Below are positions 24,853-36,943 of a stretch of 64,000 bases of DNA, piece by piece (the first letter of the stretch is position 1; each line of letters opens with the position of its first letter). Made by a program: the position numbers and the translations under genes. The DNA is taken from assembly GCF_009834535.1 (NCBI RefSeq), contig NC_045701.1:92380001-92444000 (forward strand), given 5' to 3'. Origin of the DNA: Camelus ferus (Eukaryota). The notes beneath the pieces are model-generated. The model did no database searches. It saw nothing but the letters and a program-made list of their open reading frames with translations, and was not told the origin of the DNA.

Positions 24853-25802
24853 CTGGAGGAGACAGAGGACAGGGCGACTTCAGCAGCCTGTGGGTTCTGG
24901 GGCCTGGCTCCTGAGCACCATCAGTGACACAGAGATGGGCTCCTACAGAGATGGGCATCTGCTGCTGAAGATGCTATGCCTAGTTTTAAATCCCAAAGGG
25001 ACCCTACCGTTCACGGAACAGCACCAACTCCTTCTGAAGGTGAAGTGTCTCTAATTTATCAGTTTTTACATTTGGGTTTCCAGAATTGGGGATTTTTCAA
25101 ATGAAAAAAATGAAAAAAGAAGTTACAAACCTGCCTTCCTGCCCTGTCCCAAGCAGACCCTTGCTCTTTCCTGGCCAAGGAGAACTTACCTGACCCTCGG
25201 ACGAAGCTGAATGGTATAGAACAGGCCACCTCAGGAAGGAAGGTCTCACCTGGTGGCCTGGGGGCACTAGGGAAGGGGCAGGCCTCTCCCAGCACAGGGC
25301 GGAGCCTGCTGCGGGCCAGGGGGTCCCTGGGCACGGGGGGCCACGCACGCCTAAAGAGTCCTGGACGGGAGTATGGAAGCCCGAGAACGTGGGGAGGCCC
25401 AGCCCGGCCGGCCGCACAGATGAGGCTCTCCGTTAGTCTCTGTCTGTGCGGACCTAGGCTCCCTTCTCTCACTTGCCTTCCCTTGGCCCAGGGCTGGTGT
25501 CCCCTCACCCAAACCAAGGCTTCTCTCCCTGCGGGCTCTGGGAAAGGGTCCCAGATCAGCAGACACCCCCTTACATCACTGTCCCTAGGGCCTGGCTGCA
25601 GACAGGAAGTCAGCTGCGATGCCCTGCACAACTGTGCCTGCAGTTCACCCTTTACCCCTGCCTCACACAGGTACCTAAGGCCACACTTTACACAGAAATC
25701 AAGTTGAATCCTAAAGAGCATGTCGTCCCAAAGTAAGGACACGGACTGGCACTTTCTTCAGTAAAAGGATCTAGCCCAAGAGGAGCAGCAAGCCCACCGT
25801 AC

Positions 25803-26304
25803 CTGCTTTAACCGACTTATTGAAGGCGCTGTGCGCCGCTGGCTGGTAATTCTTGGGCGGTGTGGCTTGCTGGAGGTACACGGAGTATATGGAACTTGAA
25901 TTCACTGTCTGGGGTCCCTTCCTGGGGGACTGTGGCCTTGATCCTTTATCAGCCAGAAAGGGCCTAATGGCCACTGTCAGTGGGAGTTCAGGTTTGCCGT
26001 CTCCAGCTGGAAATGCAGGCAGCCCCGTTGGCGGGTACGTAGGACTTGGCGGCACGGAAATCCTCTGCTGAATCTGCTGTGAGGAACCTGGCTGGTGAGG
26101 GCTGCCCGCAGGAGGCAGCGGGGTGGGTTTCTGCCGACTGGGCAAGCCTGCGCTGGGCCTGGGCAAGCTGCCCTCCTTCCTCCTCTCCAGGGAGTTTGTG
26201 GACCCTGGGCCCACAGGTGCAGGACTTGGGTACGTCCCGTAGCTTGGGGGCAGCTGCTTGCTGACACCAGGCATGGGGGGTGGCGCTTTACCAATCTCAA
26301 TGCC
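25803..26304 (-). CDS. PPP1R13B: PPP1R13B exon 11 (GIEIGK...NKSVKA), includes PPSY (PPxY)
   Basis: ORF 25771..26274 matches ASPP1; atttag acceptor, GT donor; 502 nt. Confidence 0.95.
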
Positions 26305-26650
26305 CTAAATTTAGAGGTCAAAAAGAAAGACAAAGTCACCCTTTGAAAAGTTAATAAGCACATTTCCCTCCACAGTCACAAGAGAATACAAAGCAGGACT
26401 TGTAATCCTTCAAATCAGCTTGTGACCAGGCACACGGCACACTGCGGGGACCGAACAGTGGGACGAAGGACCCTGAGCAAAGGCATGTACCCGTGCACCC
26501 GGCCCCTTCAGACATGGGTGTGGCCTGGGCACAAGCAGCGTGAACCTGCCTCAGGACACCTCCCAACCCTCAAGATGAAGATGAGAGCCAGACATGGGTG
26601 CAGGTGGTGAGGAGCTTGTTTGTGTTCTGTGACAGAGACAAACGGCCTAC

Positions 26651-26820
26651 CAGCTTCTCCGCAGCTCCTAGTGCTGACAAGGGCACAGGCTGGCTGGAGA
26701 CGGCCCCCTGCTTGAGAGGCCCCTCCACACCAGGGTCCTTCCAGTCCACACTGGCAACCTGCATTGCTTTCACTGAAGAGCTAGGATTCTGTTTCAGTGT
26801 TGGCCAATTTCCATCGTTGG
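26651..26820 (-). CDS. PPP1R13B: PPP1R13B exon 10 ([12 protein letters not shown]...AAEKL)
   Basis: ttttccag acceptor, GTAGGC donor; 170 nt. Confidence 0.95.
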
Positions 26821-29800
26821 CTGGAAAAGAACAGAGTATCAGTAAAACTTTGCTTGAAATTAGTTGAACCAACATAAGACTAACTCCCTGCCAGGAACAA
26901 AACCCCACTGGGACACACACTTTGCTGGAGCTCCATCATCCAGCGGCCAAGCCCCCTCCCTGAACACGTGCTCGCGCGAGGCAAGACCGAGGGCGGCCTC
27001 CACCGGCATGGCAGGCAGCGCTGTCACACGGGCAGAGACTCGACGACCAAGCACGGGGCTGCGCCAACCCGGGCCAGGGGCCAAGGGATCAAAGCCACAT
27101 TCTTGGCCCCCATTTAGATACAGGTCAAACCCGTTACATCAACACTAGGGAATAAAATAAGTGCTGGCACTCAGTTTTCAAACAGTATTTACAAGTACAG
27201 TTACATACAGCAATACAAAAAGATTTCTCTTATGACTTCTTAACGGGTTTGACCTGTACTGCTTCTAGTATTAAAAGAAAAATTTGACTTAACCTTTTAG
27301 AAATTCCTATCCTCTTAAAGTAACTCATGATCACAGGAGGACAGGACAAGCTCCCACTGATTGGAGTAGCAGGTTATTGCTCTGCTGCAGTGATTAGAAA
27401 GCCATCAGCCCAGCGTTTTCAGGAAAGCCATTGAAAAGGTATGTTTTTTAACAGCATTTTCCAAACTGAAAAAGGGTGCAGGAGCATTCCCTGGTAAGAC
27501 AGGCTCACTCGCAGTGACATGATACATCACGGCCTCTGTAGGATTAGCTCACAGCCCGGTGCGGGCCAGACTGAAGTGGTGAACGCCCAGCCACCAGCCA
27601 CACAAGGCGGAGAGAAATCCGAGGGGACATAGCCCCGTCCCTCCGTCCACCAGCAGTGCTCCAGCCCAAACCTGCGGCTGCTAAGACAGGAAGAGGAGAC
27701 TCCCCCCAGCTCGGAGCCCCTGGAGGCCAGTCAGCAGCCGCCCCTGGACCACGTCTACGCGGTGCAGCAGCTCAGCTGAGTCGCTGCTGCACTGCTAACC
27801 CCTCCTCCTCCGGGCAGCGAGGGCCCTGGTGGGGCATTTCCAAGGCCTCAGTCCAAACCATCACTTTGCTCTGGCTGCTGTGCTTTCACACCCCCTCTAT
27901 TGTATCAGATTGGGGGCGGGTACGGGCCAGAAATGCGCAGGTTCACCAAGAGTGCCCCGAGGTACAAACTCTGGCCGATGGGAAACAAACCCAGCCCACT
28001 GCTGACTCAGGAGGGCGGGCGGGGCTGGCCGTGGGAGCTGGGTTTCCTGGCCCCCTCTCAGTGTCACAGGAAACGTGGCCGTCCAGCTGCTCCTAAATCT
28101 CACAGCAGCAGGAACTTTCATGGAAATCAGCCATAAAGGCACTAGAAAGGAAGGGCCTAGGGATTTTCCTTCTTCAGGATGAGAGAGGAGGTGTAGAAGA
28201 AATATATTCTTATTATAAAGGGACAATCGTCTTTAAATTTGATGGGAGATTCCTGTACTGAAGATAAAACTAAAAGCCTCACAGTGAACTCAGACAATCA
28301 TCCTAAGTTTGTACAAACAAAACCACAAAACGCTTCCTGGGCCAGCACCTCCCTGAAGAGGGCTGGCTGCTGTGGCCGGCCCCAGGCGCCGCCCGACTGT
28401 GGCGGGCAGGGCAGGCGTGCCTGTGTGGCATCTCTTCCCCCGGCTGACTGCGAGGAGCAGCCTTTGTCAGTTTGGAAGGAGAAGCGCTGTGGACTTGGCA
28501 GTGCTGAGGACCAGAGCCTCCCACCAGGCCCGCCAGCCAACGTACGGTTTACAAACCGGTGCGCAGAGGGCCGAGACGAACCGCAGTCAGGCCCCACGTC
28601 AAGGTCTGACACTGTCCACGGGCTGGCTGCTCGGGGATGACCATGGCCATCTGTGTGACACGGAACCAGAAGGATGGCCGACCCCGCGGGTTAGTCTCCC
28701 CGGGAGGTTTCCCACTCCAGTCCCACATCTGGGCTGAGATTCCGCCCCCAGGGCGGGGGTGCACAGGCGTCCTGCGTCTGCTCACCTCCCACCACAGCAG
28801 AAAGACCAAGGCTCCTTCTGAAGGCCCCTCCCCCAGCCCCGAGAGTGCGGCCTTTCCCCGCAACCTGTGAAGGTGGCCCCGCACAGACCCCTGGGGGGGA
28901 GGGGAAACAGGAGCCATTCTCAGCGTGGGAAGCGTTTATGATTAAGTCGGGAGACAGGCCACTGGCTGTGCTAATTATCTGCCACTGGAAACAGCCACTC
29001 CCACTATCTGGTGCTTAGAACTATAAACAACAGCTTATCGAAGAAAGCTGCAATTTGACTTTCCTGCCCACCACACACTCCGCATGGCTTACGAGACAGC
29101 CACAGAGAAATCTGAGGCTGGCGACGCACCCTCCTGCCTGGGTCACGGCAAGCACCAGGCCCTCCAGCGAGAGCACGGAGCACACACACAGAAGGGCAGC
29201 ACCCATCTACCACCAGCCCTGAGAACGTCCTCGCAGTGCAGGCCCGCCCCGGCCCGCAGCCCTGCTGTCACCAGTGACGGATCGCTGCACTGTGCACCTG
29301 CGCCCTGCGACTTTGACGGGGCGGTGGGTCAGCCCCAGTCACACAGTCTCACTGCAAAGCAGTGCCGGCATCTTATGCATCAGTTTAAAACAGCCATCTT
29401 CCTCCGAGGCAGGAGAGTGGACTCGCCACGGAGAATCAGGGCTGCGCTCGGCTGGCAGCCTGGGCGCTGAGGGACTCGGCTGTGTACCTGTGCAGCGCGG
29501 GGAGCCCCGCGGCCGGCCACACGGAATTCAGAGGGATGGGTCTGCGGACTTTCTAAGAGATGAAGACTGTGCTGGGTGGGGAAAGGCAGGCCAGCCACAG
29601 TGCCGGCCGTGCCAGGACGAGCAGCAGGCCTGGCGTGCAGTGCAGTGGCCACCACTGGCCGCCGTGTGCCTGACAGGTACACAAACCCAGGGCCGTGAGA
29701 GGGTGCAGCCTTCATTAATCTGTGTTTTGAAAAGCCACTCAGTAAAGGTGGTGAGTTCAATACAGAGAACCTGTCCCTGTGTCAGCGTGGTGGCACGCAG

Positions 29801-29937
29801 CTCCCCACGGCTGCCCTGGACGACCGAGTGCCTCGGGGGACACTGGGGGTGGGCAGGGGCTCCTCTGAGGCCGCTGTGCCCCCACAGCCCCCCTTGCTGC
29901 TCACGCTCCCCACCAGGAAGGGGGCCCGGCCACTCAC

Positions 29938-30118
29938 CAGGTTTGGATCTTCCATGGGCAGCACTTGAGGCGATGGTGAGAGACTGGGGCTTTACGGGGT
30001 CCCCGGGCACAGGGTAGTTGCCGGTGCTGGGAACCTGGATGTAAGGCCCCACTGCAGCCACCCTGCCTGGCGTGCTCAGGGGTGACTGCGGCGACGATGT
30101 GCCATTCACACGGCTCAG
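29938..30118 (-). CDS. PPP1R13B: PPP1R13B exon 9 ([13 protein letters not shown]...HGRSKP)
   Basis: ttttatag acceptor, GTGAGT donor; 181 nt. Confidence 0.94.
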
Positions 30119-30463
30119 CTATAAAATGGGGAGAAATGAGAGTCAGGAGTCTCCTCAGGTGAAAAGAAACCGTAAGCTGAGCATGACAGACTGCTCAGAG
30201 CTGAACCCCTTGCCCAATAACCTTTGCTTAGGAAGGGGTCACCCTGAAAGACCAGTATCTAGAAAGGGTGAGACTTCAAAAAAGGGCTTCAACCCACAGT
30301 CCCACAGGACCAATGCTCCGATAACACCTACCTGAATGTGAGCTGGAAAAACCAGGAGCTGACGGTGTAACTGGACAGCCTCCTAGGACCCCTCCAAGCA
30401 CATAACCGTCTCATCGGGGGGGATGCGATCCCTCCCCTGGGTGGGCACAGAGGCATCATCAAA

Positions 30464-30590
30464 GCCTGGGCTCTCAGCCTGGCTTCAAATCCTGCTCTGC
30501 CACTGACTTGCTGTGCTGCCTTGCGCAGGTGATTTAACATCTCTGAATCTCTGTGCCCACATTCAAAAGTCACGATAAAGGGTAATAAGC
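30464..30590 (+). mobile_element. MIR SINE remnant
   Basis: MIR core-like text ttcaaatcctgctctgccact...tgctgtgctgccttg...tctctgaatctc. Confidence 0.55.
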
Positions 30591-30982
30591 CATGCAGGGC
30601 AAGGTGACAGGGCCTGGAAGCAGGTGAGGACTGGCCAGTTCCCTGAAGGCAGCTCTGCTGTTCTCAGCAGGGACGCTGGTCACGTGACAATGCCAACAAT
30701 AGCAGGGCCCAGAACAGGGTCTAACTAGAGAAACGCTGGCTCCTTAGGGGTCCCCGGATAGGCTGAGTGAGACGTCCCTACCCCTCCTACAACTGAATGC
30801 CAAATTCTGCATGCATGAGCACAAGCACGTGTCATTCTGGAGAGAGGGTCCATGATTCTGACAACTGCTCAAAGTACCTAAAACCTTTGGGTGGAGACAC
30901 ACATCTGCAGAAGTACCAAATTCTTCAGGGGGACCCCGTGAAGTAGCAGGTGGAATGTAAGAAGTACCATTTATCTAGCATC

Positions 30983-31398
30983 TGTGATGGTTAATTTTCT
31001 GTGTCAACCTGGCAAGGATGTGACACTTGGATATTTGGTCAGACATGTCCAGATGTTGCTGGGACAGTATTTTTTAAGATGAGACTAACATTTGAATCAA
31101 CAGACTCTGAGGAAGGCAGACTGCCCTTCATAACATGGACGGGCTGCATCCAATAGGCTGAAGGCCTTAGAGGAAAAGATTACGGTCTCCCAGGAAGAGA
31201 GAATCCTGTGGGCAGGTGCTGCAGCCTCGCGCGGCAGCGCCTGCGGCTCCCTGGGCCTGCAGGCCAGCCCTGCAGGTTTTGGACATGTCAGCCTCCACAA
31301 GCGTGGGAGCGAGTCCTCAGAATCAGTCAGCTGGTCTGTCTTTACACACATGCACACCCAGAACCGGTTCTGTTTCCCTGAGAACCCTGACTGATACA
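30983..31398 (+). mobile_element. MLT1-type (ERVL-MaLR) solo LTR
   Basis: Starts tgtgatggttaattttctgtgtcaac and ends gagaaccctgactgataca, typical MLT termini. Confidence 0.8.
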
Positions 31399-32847
31399 CC
31401 GTCACTGAAGACTGCAGTGTCAGCAAGCATGGAGGTGCGCACGCACCCTCTCCCACAGTCTCTGCGCTGTTACTGAGAGAAAATGGAAACCACTGGTCTG
31501 CAGTCACAGTGTTGTACAGATTAACCACTGACCCTGAAGCACTCTGGTTTAAAAAAGTGTATATCTGTAAGTCAGAGGTGCTTTCCCTGAGACTGCCAGT
31601 CACGATGCCCACAGAAGAGGCAGTGCCTTCCTCCTCCAGCGCCCTCCTCACCCACCCACCAGGCCAAGCCCCTAGAGCCTGCCCCTCACCTGAGAGCCAC
31701 CTTCAGAGCAACAGAAGCCAACAAGAGAATGCGTCAATCGTGAAAACACCCATGTTGGAGTGTGGGTGAGGGGACGGTGCGCGAGTCCCAGCTGCCCGAG
31801 GACGGCAGGCCAATCGGCTCTGCACTCCGCCACCACTTCCATCAGACCCTGAGCACCCCGAGTGGAAGGAAGGTCAGGTGCTAGACCCAGCCAAATATAC
31901 CAACGCAGCGCTGGTCCCTTTTCCTCCCGTGAGCCCTCAGCGATACACGTGTTCACCGAAGCACCAAGAACAACAGCAGGTCCCGAGACACCCTGCCTGA
32001 CCACGTGGCTGGGTACAGTGACCACAGGCCCTGGGACACGGAGTAGTATACGGAAGTTACAAAAGTAATGAGGTCATGACCTGGAAAGATACTCATGTTG
32101 TGGTTTAAAAAAAGAAGGAAAAAAAACCCCCAAAAAACAACAGTGTGGTGCAGAACAGTGTGATGATGTAATTCCTACAATTACATTTCGATTAAAACCT
32201 GAATACCTTCCTGTCTGTCTTAAGCAAAAGACTGGAACCATTAACAACTATCATCCCTGGAGAATGAGAAGAATGGGAGGGACTTCCACATTTTCCTTTA
32301 AATGTTTGTTTTAAGTGTCTTTTTTTGAGTATTTATTACCTTTGAAATTCAAAATACCAAATCAAGATTTTTAAAAAGCACAGACCCCTTATACAGCACT
32401 CTGCTCGAGTTTACAAAGCCCTTCCACGTGGGTTATTTCTAAGAATCTTATGATGACTCCTGGGCCGGGAAAGGCAAATCAGTTCACGGCAAGAATACAG
32501 GACGACACAAGGTCAAGGAAGCTGTGCCAATGGCACAGCTTAAAATGGGCGCTGCAGATGGGGGCCAAAGCCTGCCCAGCAGAGAGAAGACAGAGCTGCC
32601 CCAGGGAGGAGGGTGAGGAAGCAGAAGCCCCGCGGCCGGGGAGGGATGATGCCACACATCAGGAACCAGCTGTGTCTTGGGGAAAAAGAACCATCCCCTA
32701 CTGTTGTTTTTTACGGTTTGTGGCCAATTTATATTTCATCAGCTCTGGCTGCTGGGGAGCAGGATGGTATCACAGTGAAGATGGACAATTTGGGGATGAA
32801 CCATTTTTAGCAGTTTATCTCACAGAAATATTTTCTTTTCCACGTGC

Positions 32848-32988
32848 CTGAATTTTTTTCCCGTAAAGACGTTCACGCAGCTCGTTGATCCGCGTGTCCA
32901 TCATGGCCACCTCCATGTTGCGCTTATTTAAGAGCTCCTTCTGCTGCTGGAGTTTTGAATTCTGTTCCTGGTTCAGCTGGTTACGAAT
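32848..32988 (-). CDS. PPP1R13B: PPP1R13B exon 8 ([12 protein letters not shown]...LYGKKIQ), GC donor
   Basis: ttgcag acceptor; homology runs to KKIQ followed by GCACGT; joins exon 9 in phase 0; 141 nt. Confidence 0.9.
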
Positions 32989-33841
32989 CTGCAAGATAGA
33001 AAATATGTTTACGATTTGTATTAATTAAATGGTCAACTTCTCATCGTGAGGGAGATTAAAAAAAGAAGAAAAAGGAACATCTGGTTCTCATGTGTATTTA
33101 TATACATTCACTGTCACCTGTGTGCTAATATTTGACAGGTACAGCACAGATGAAGCCAGAACATATTTCATATGGAACAAAAAAGAGCAAATGTCGGCAA
33201 ATGTGTCTTCTTCAAAATGTATGGAATGACTAGCACCAACGATGAGTGTGGGAGAGGTGTCTGTTCTGCCCCACAGGCCACCGAACGAGGGAGCAGGAAA
33301 TCCAAAGGTTGGCCGACTCACCAAATAGAACGCTCCTGTATCATTTTAATGAGTCATAACCAGCACTTGGACAAAATGAAACAGAGACAGTGTCAGAGGG
33401 CACTGCGCATGAAGGTTAAGTCTGGTCTCGTGAAAATCTCAGATGTGCACGCTTACACTAGCACTGACACACCTGCACATGTGTACCAAACAGGAGGGAA
33501 CATGTACTTTTTAACCTAGATTGCAGTCAAAAAGTTGGATATACACATAAATAAATATATTACATTCATCACACTTCACCAAAAAAAATCCTTAGGAACC
33601 CCGCATTTTTAACAATTGCTTAAAATGTAAAAAGGAATAAAGTCTTCTAACAATTTCCACGCATTTTGTGTCACAGAATTTAACAGCAACAAGTGAGTTA
33701 ACTCTCTGTAATTAGAATTCCCATTTCGTAAAATGATATAATACTTTCTCTAACAAGTGTAATAGAATTGCAAAGCTTGTTTCTGGCTTGAAAAATCACC
33801 TGCTAAATGACAGCTTCTGAGAAATGAAAATCTTGAAGGTT

Positions 33842-34180
33842 TTAGGACTGTGGCCTCCCCAAATTTTGTATGTCAAAGCCCTAATCCACAGTGTCAGTAT
33901 TTGGAGATGGGCCTGCAGGAGGTAATTGGGCCATGATGAGGTCATGAGGGTGGGGCCTTCACGATGGGGTTAAGTAGCCTTCTCAGAGGAGGGAGACCAG
34001 AGTGTGTGAGGACACAGCAAGGCGGCAGCCGTGTGCCAGCCAGAAGTGGACCCTCCCACGAACCAAGTTTGCCATCACCTGGATCTTGGACCACAGCCTC
34101 CAGGACTGAGACACAAATGTCTGTTGTGTAAGCCCCCAGTATGGGGTATCCTGTTACAGCGACCCAAGCTACGATGAAGA
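33842..34180 (+). mobile_element. MLT1A/B-like LTR remnant
   Basis: cctccccaaatttt...tatttggagatggg...cagcctccaggactgagacacaaatgtctgttg. Confidence 0.75.
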
Positions 34181-34279
34181 TTTAACAGTAGGCATCTATC
34201 TTGTCAAAACACAGTTAACACAGAGGCCTTAAGTATCAGCTAAAGCCAAGTTCTTTACCAGTTCATTATACTGCCAATT

Positions 34280-34582
34280 AAATTCATACATGCTCAATAA
34301 AAGAAGCCAGTCACAAAGAACTATATGACTCTATTCATACGAAATTCCCAGAATAGGCAAATCCCTAGAGACAAAAATTAGAGTCGTGGCTGCTTGGCTC
34401 CAGAGGGACGGGGGTTGTGGGCTGATGGCTAAGAGGTGTGGGGCTTCTTTCGAAGGTGAGGTTCTAAAATCGAGTGTGGTGCTAGCTATAGAACTCCGTG
34501 AAGATACAAAAAACCACTTAATTGTATAACTTAAAAGGTGAATTGTACGCTATGTGAATTACATCTCAAAGCTGTTTTAAAA
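34280..34582 (+). mobile_element. L1 3' end remnant
   Basis: gaagccagtcacaaag...ataggcaaatcc...gctatgtgaattacatctcaaagctg. Confidence 0.75.
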
Positions 34583-34591
34583 ATTCTTGTC

Positions 34592-34675
34592 GGGGGAGGG
34601 TGTAGCTCGGGTAGAGGGCGTGCTTCGCATGCATGAGGCCCTGGGTTCACTCCCCAGTGCTGCCATTAAAACAAA
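34592..34675 (+). mobile_element. tRNA-Ala-derived camelid-type SINE (Vic-1-like), diverged
   Basis: gggggagggtgtagctcgggtagag...gccctgggttcactccccagt with A/B-box-like motifs and a short A-rich tail. Confidence 0.75.
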
Positions 34676-34807
34676 TTATTTTGTACCAAATGCATTTTGT
34701 GTCTGTTATTCAATTAGAGTCCAGTCATTTGTTTCCAGTTCCTGGGATTTCCAGCCTATGCTGCAAATAGACTTAATAGACTCATCCCTCAGCCCCGGGT
34801 GAGGTAC

Positions 34808-35004
34808 CTGTAGTTCTTGGTACAGGCGTTTCAACTCCACCGCAGCCGGCCCAGTCAGCTTGCCATTGTAAGACTGGAACCCGTTCAGTTTTCCTTTCTT
34901 TAAATCTTCCAGTTGTTGACTGAGCTGATCAACTCTTAAAATCGCAGTCTGCACTTCCTGCTTCTTTTCCTGGAACATGGCACTGAACCGTTCTATTTCT
35001 GCAG
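34808..35004 (-). CDS. PPP1R13B: PPP1R13B exon 7 ([15 protein letters not shown]...LYQELQ)
   Basis: ttatag acceptor, GTACCT donor; 197 nt; coiled-coil region. Confidence 0.95.
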
Positions 35005-35675
35005 CTATAATTTCCCACCAATAAAGAAAAAAACACCACTGAAGTTAATTTTTTCATGGTATTTTCCTGGTTTTGTTGTGTATTAAGTTCTGTTTCATTT
35101 CTACACATTTAACTCTCGCATCATCTAGCACCAGACCTTGGGGAGGAAACTGTAATCTGCACGTAATCCAAAGCACATTTCAACACATGATGCGACTGCT
35201 CATATGGCTAAGTTATATTTGCATGAATTATTGAATAATTTTAAATTAGGGCAACCAGTCCAAAAGCTACCATGGTCAAGCCACTTAAGAATCTCAGTGC
35301 ACCAAACAGACCAAGTCCTCCCTGAGGGCAGGCCCATCCAAATCTATCTTGCTTATTGCTGCGCCATAAAGTAGGCACTGACGGAACTGGTGAATAAAGT
35401 GACAATTCACGCGCACAAATATAAAAAGTGAGCACGTGTATGCCGTGTCTTCACACACAGATAAAATTTAAGCTGTTCACTTGAAACAGACCCTCATCAT
35501 GAGTGGAGTCTTAGGAGTGGCCCTGCCCAGATCTGAAGAGCGGCCGCTACCCAGCAGGAGGCCCCCCTCCACTGCAGTGTCCTCAGATCACTGAACCTAG
35601 CCGCGAAGGCGCAGGCGCAGGCGCAGACGCAGCGGAGTCCGGGGTGGGCCCGCAGCGGGCGGGTGGGGCACGTAC

Positions 35676-35850
35676 ACAGGTTCCCGTTCATCATTTTGCT
35701 GTAGTCCACTTGTCCTCTCATGGCTCGGATCTTCTTCAACTTGTTTTCCTGGGCTTCGACTCGTTCTTTCAACTTCTGAAGCTTTTCATTTTCAGAAATA
35801 GATTGCTGCTGACGGCGCTCCTGTTGCTTCAGAAAATGTAAACGCTGTTC
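35676..35850 (-). CDS. PPP1R13B: PPP1R13B exon 6 ([10 protein letters not shown]...MNGNL)
   Basis: ttgttag acceptor, GTACGT donor; 175 nt. Confidence 0.95.
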
Positions 35851-36805
35851 CTAACAAAAGAGGGAAACGGCTAACTTTGAAAACTGAAATGGATGCTGAC
35901 TTTCATACACCGAAAAAAGGGTAAGCAGATTCCACAGGCTCACCCATCACAACAAGCACAAGCCCACCTCCCCCCCAGCGGCCCAGCTCTCCTGTGGCCA
36001 GGGCTACAAAGCGGCTTCCCAAGGCCCTTATTTAGCCTCCTAAAGGACGTGAGCACAGACCAGCAGGGGATTTTCTACTGGAAGGAGACACGTAAGGGGA
36101 TGAACCGCTAATCTGCCAAGTGCCATGAAATAGGAAATGTTTGTTTTCTTTAGGATGCTTGTCTTCACAAGCAATCAGACATTTCAGAGTCGAACAAGAA
36201 CTGGACAATCCTAAAGTGAAAATACATGCAATACTCAACAGTTTTTTCCCTAACGTGAAAACAGGCCTTAAGGGTAACTGTCAATGTTGAAATATTCATG
36301 GCCCTATTTGTATGCATTAAACATACTTAAGGAGAGATTTAAGTGTGACCATGCTGGCGTTACACAACGCGCTCTAAGGGAAGGGAATATGTGCGGAAAT
36401 ATGTAAAAATTAGCATTAACTTGTGATTTACACTGCTGAAAATATTAAAGAAAATATTAAAGATTTTTTTAATAGCAATACTCTTGGCTCAATAGTTGGA
36501 ACAAAATAAAAAGTAGAATTAGAAAAGTTTGTAATTACATAATACCATGGACATTTTATCTTAGAAATGCTATTAACGGGATGAAAATACTTTCCAATTT
36601 ACCTAACTTTTGTTTTTTATTCTTGTAAATCCAATAAACTTTGAAAGACAACTTTTAAAAACAAGTCCAACTTAAACTATTATTTACATAAAAGCGAAGA
36701 GAATTATACGGTTATTCAATAAATGAAAAAAGTTGAATTGGACATCTAGGTATTAAGAAACTCTCTTTACAGAGAAAGCAGTAAGACCCTAGGCGGTGCT
36801 GTTTA

Positions 36806-36810
<5 letters not shown>

Positions 36811-36837
<27 letters not shown>
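36811..36837. repeat. (TC)13 microsatellite
   Basis: Directly visible. Confidence 0.95.
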
Positions 36838-36841
<4 letters not shown>

Positions 36842-36943
36842 TTCAGAACATTTACCATAATTACAACATGAATTGTTTCCAACAGGCATGGGTGATAGGT
36901 CTAATCTTTTAGTCCAAGACTAAACCATTATTTAGAAAAGTTT

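Noticed and set aside
24853-24958. In-frame intronic ATG upstream of ASPP1 exon 12 (could give an iASPP-like C-terminal isoform)
   Set aside because: Weak Kozak context, no promoter evidence, and 35 open codons are unremarkable in GC-rich intron; it would need CAGE or Ribo-seq support.
31041-31050. p53 half-sites (AGACATGTCC; also GGGCATGTTT at 7361-7370)
   Set aside because: Isolated half-sites with no adjacent second decamer; one lies within an MLT1 LTR.
34592-34675. tRNA-like sequences (also 43925-44043 and 59648-59720) as real tRNA genes
   Set aside because: Extra 5' leader, broken stems and A-rich tails with a TSD indicate SINEs rather than tRNAs.
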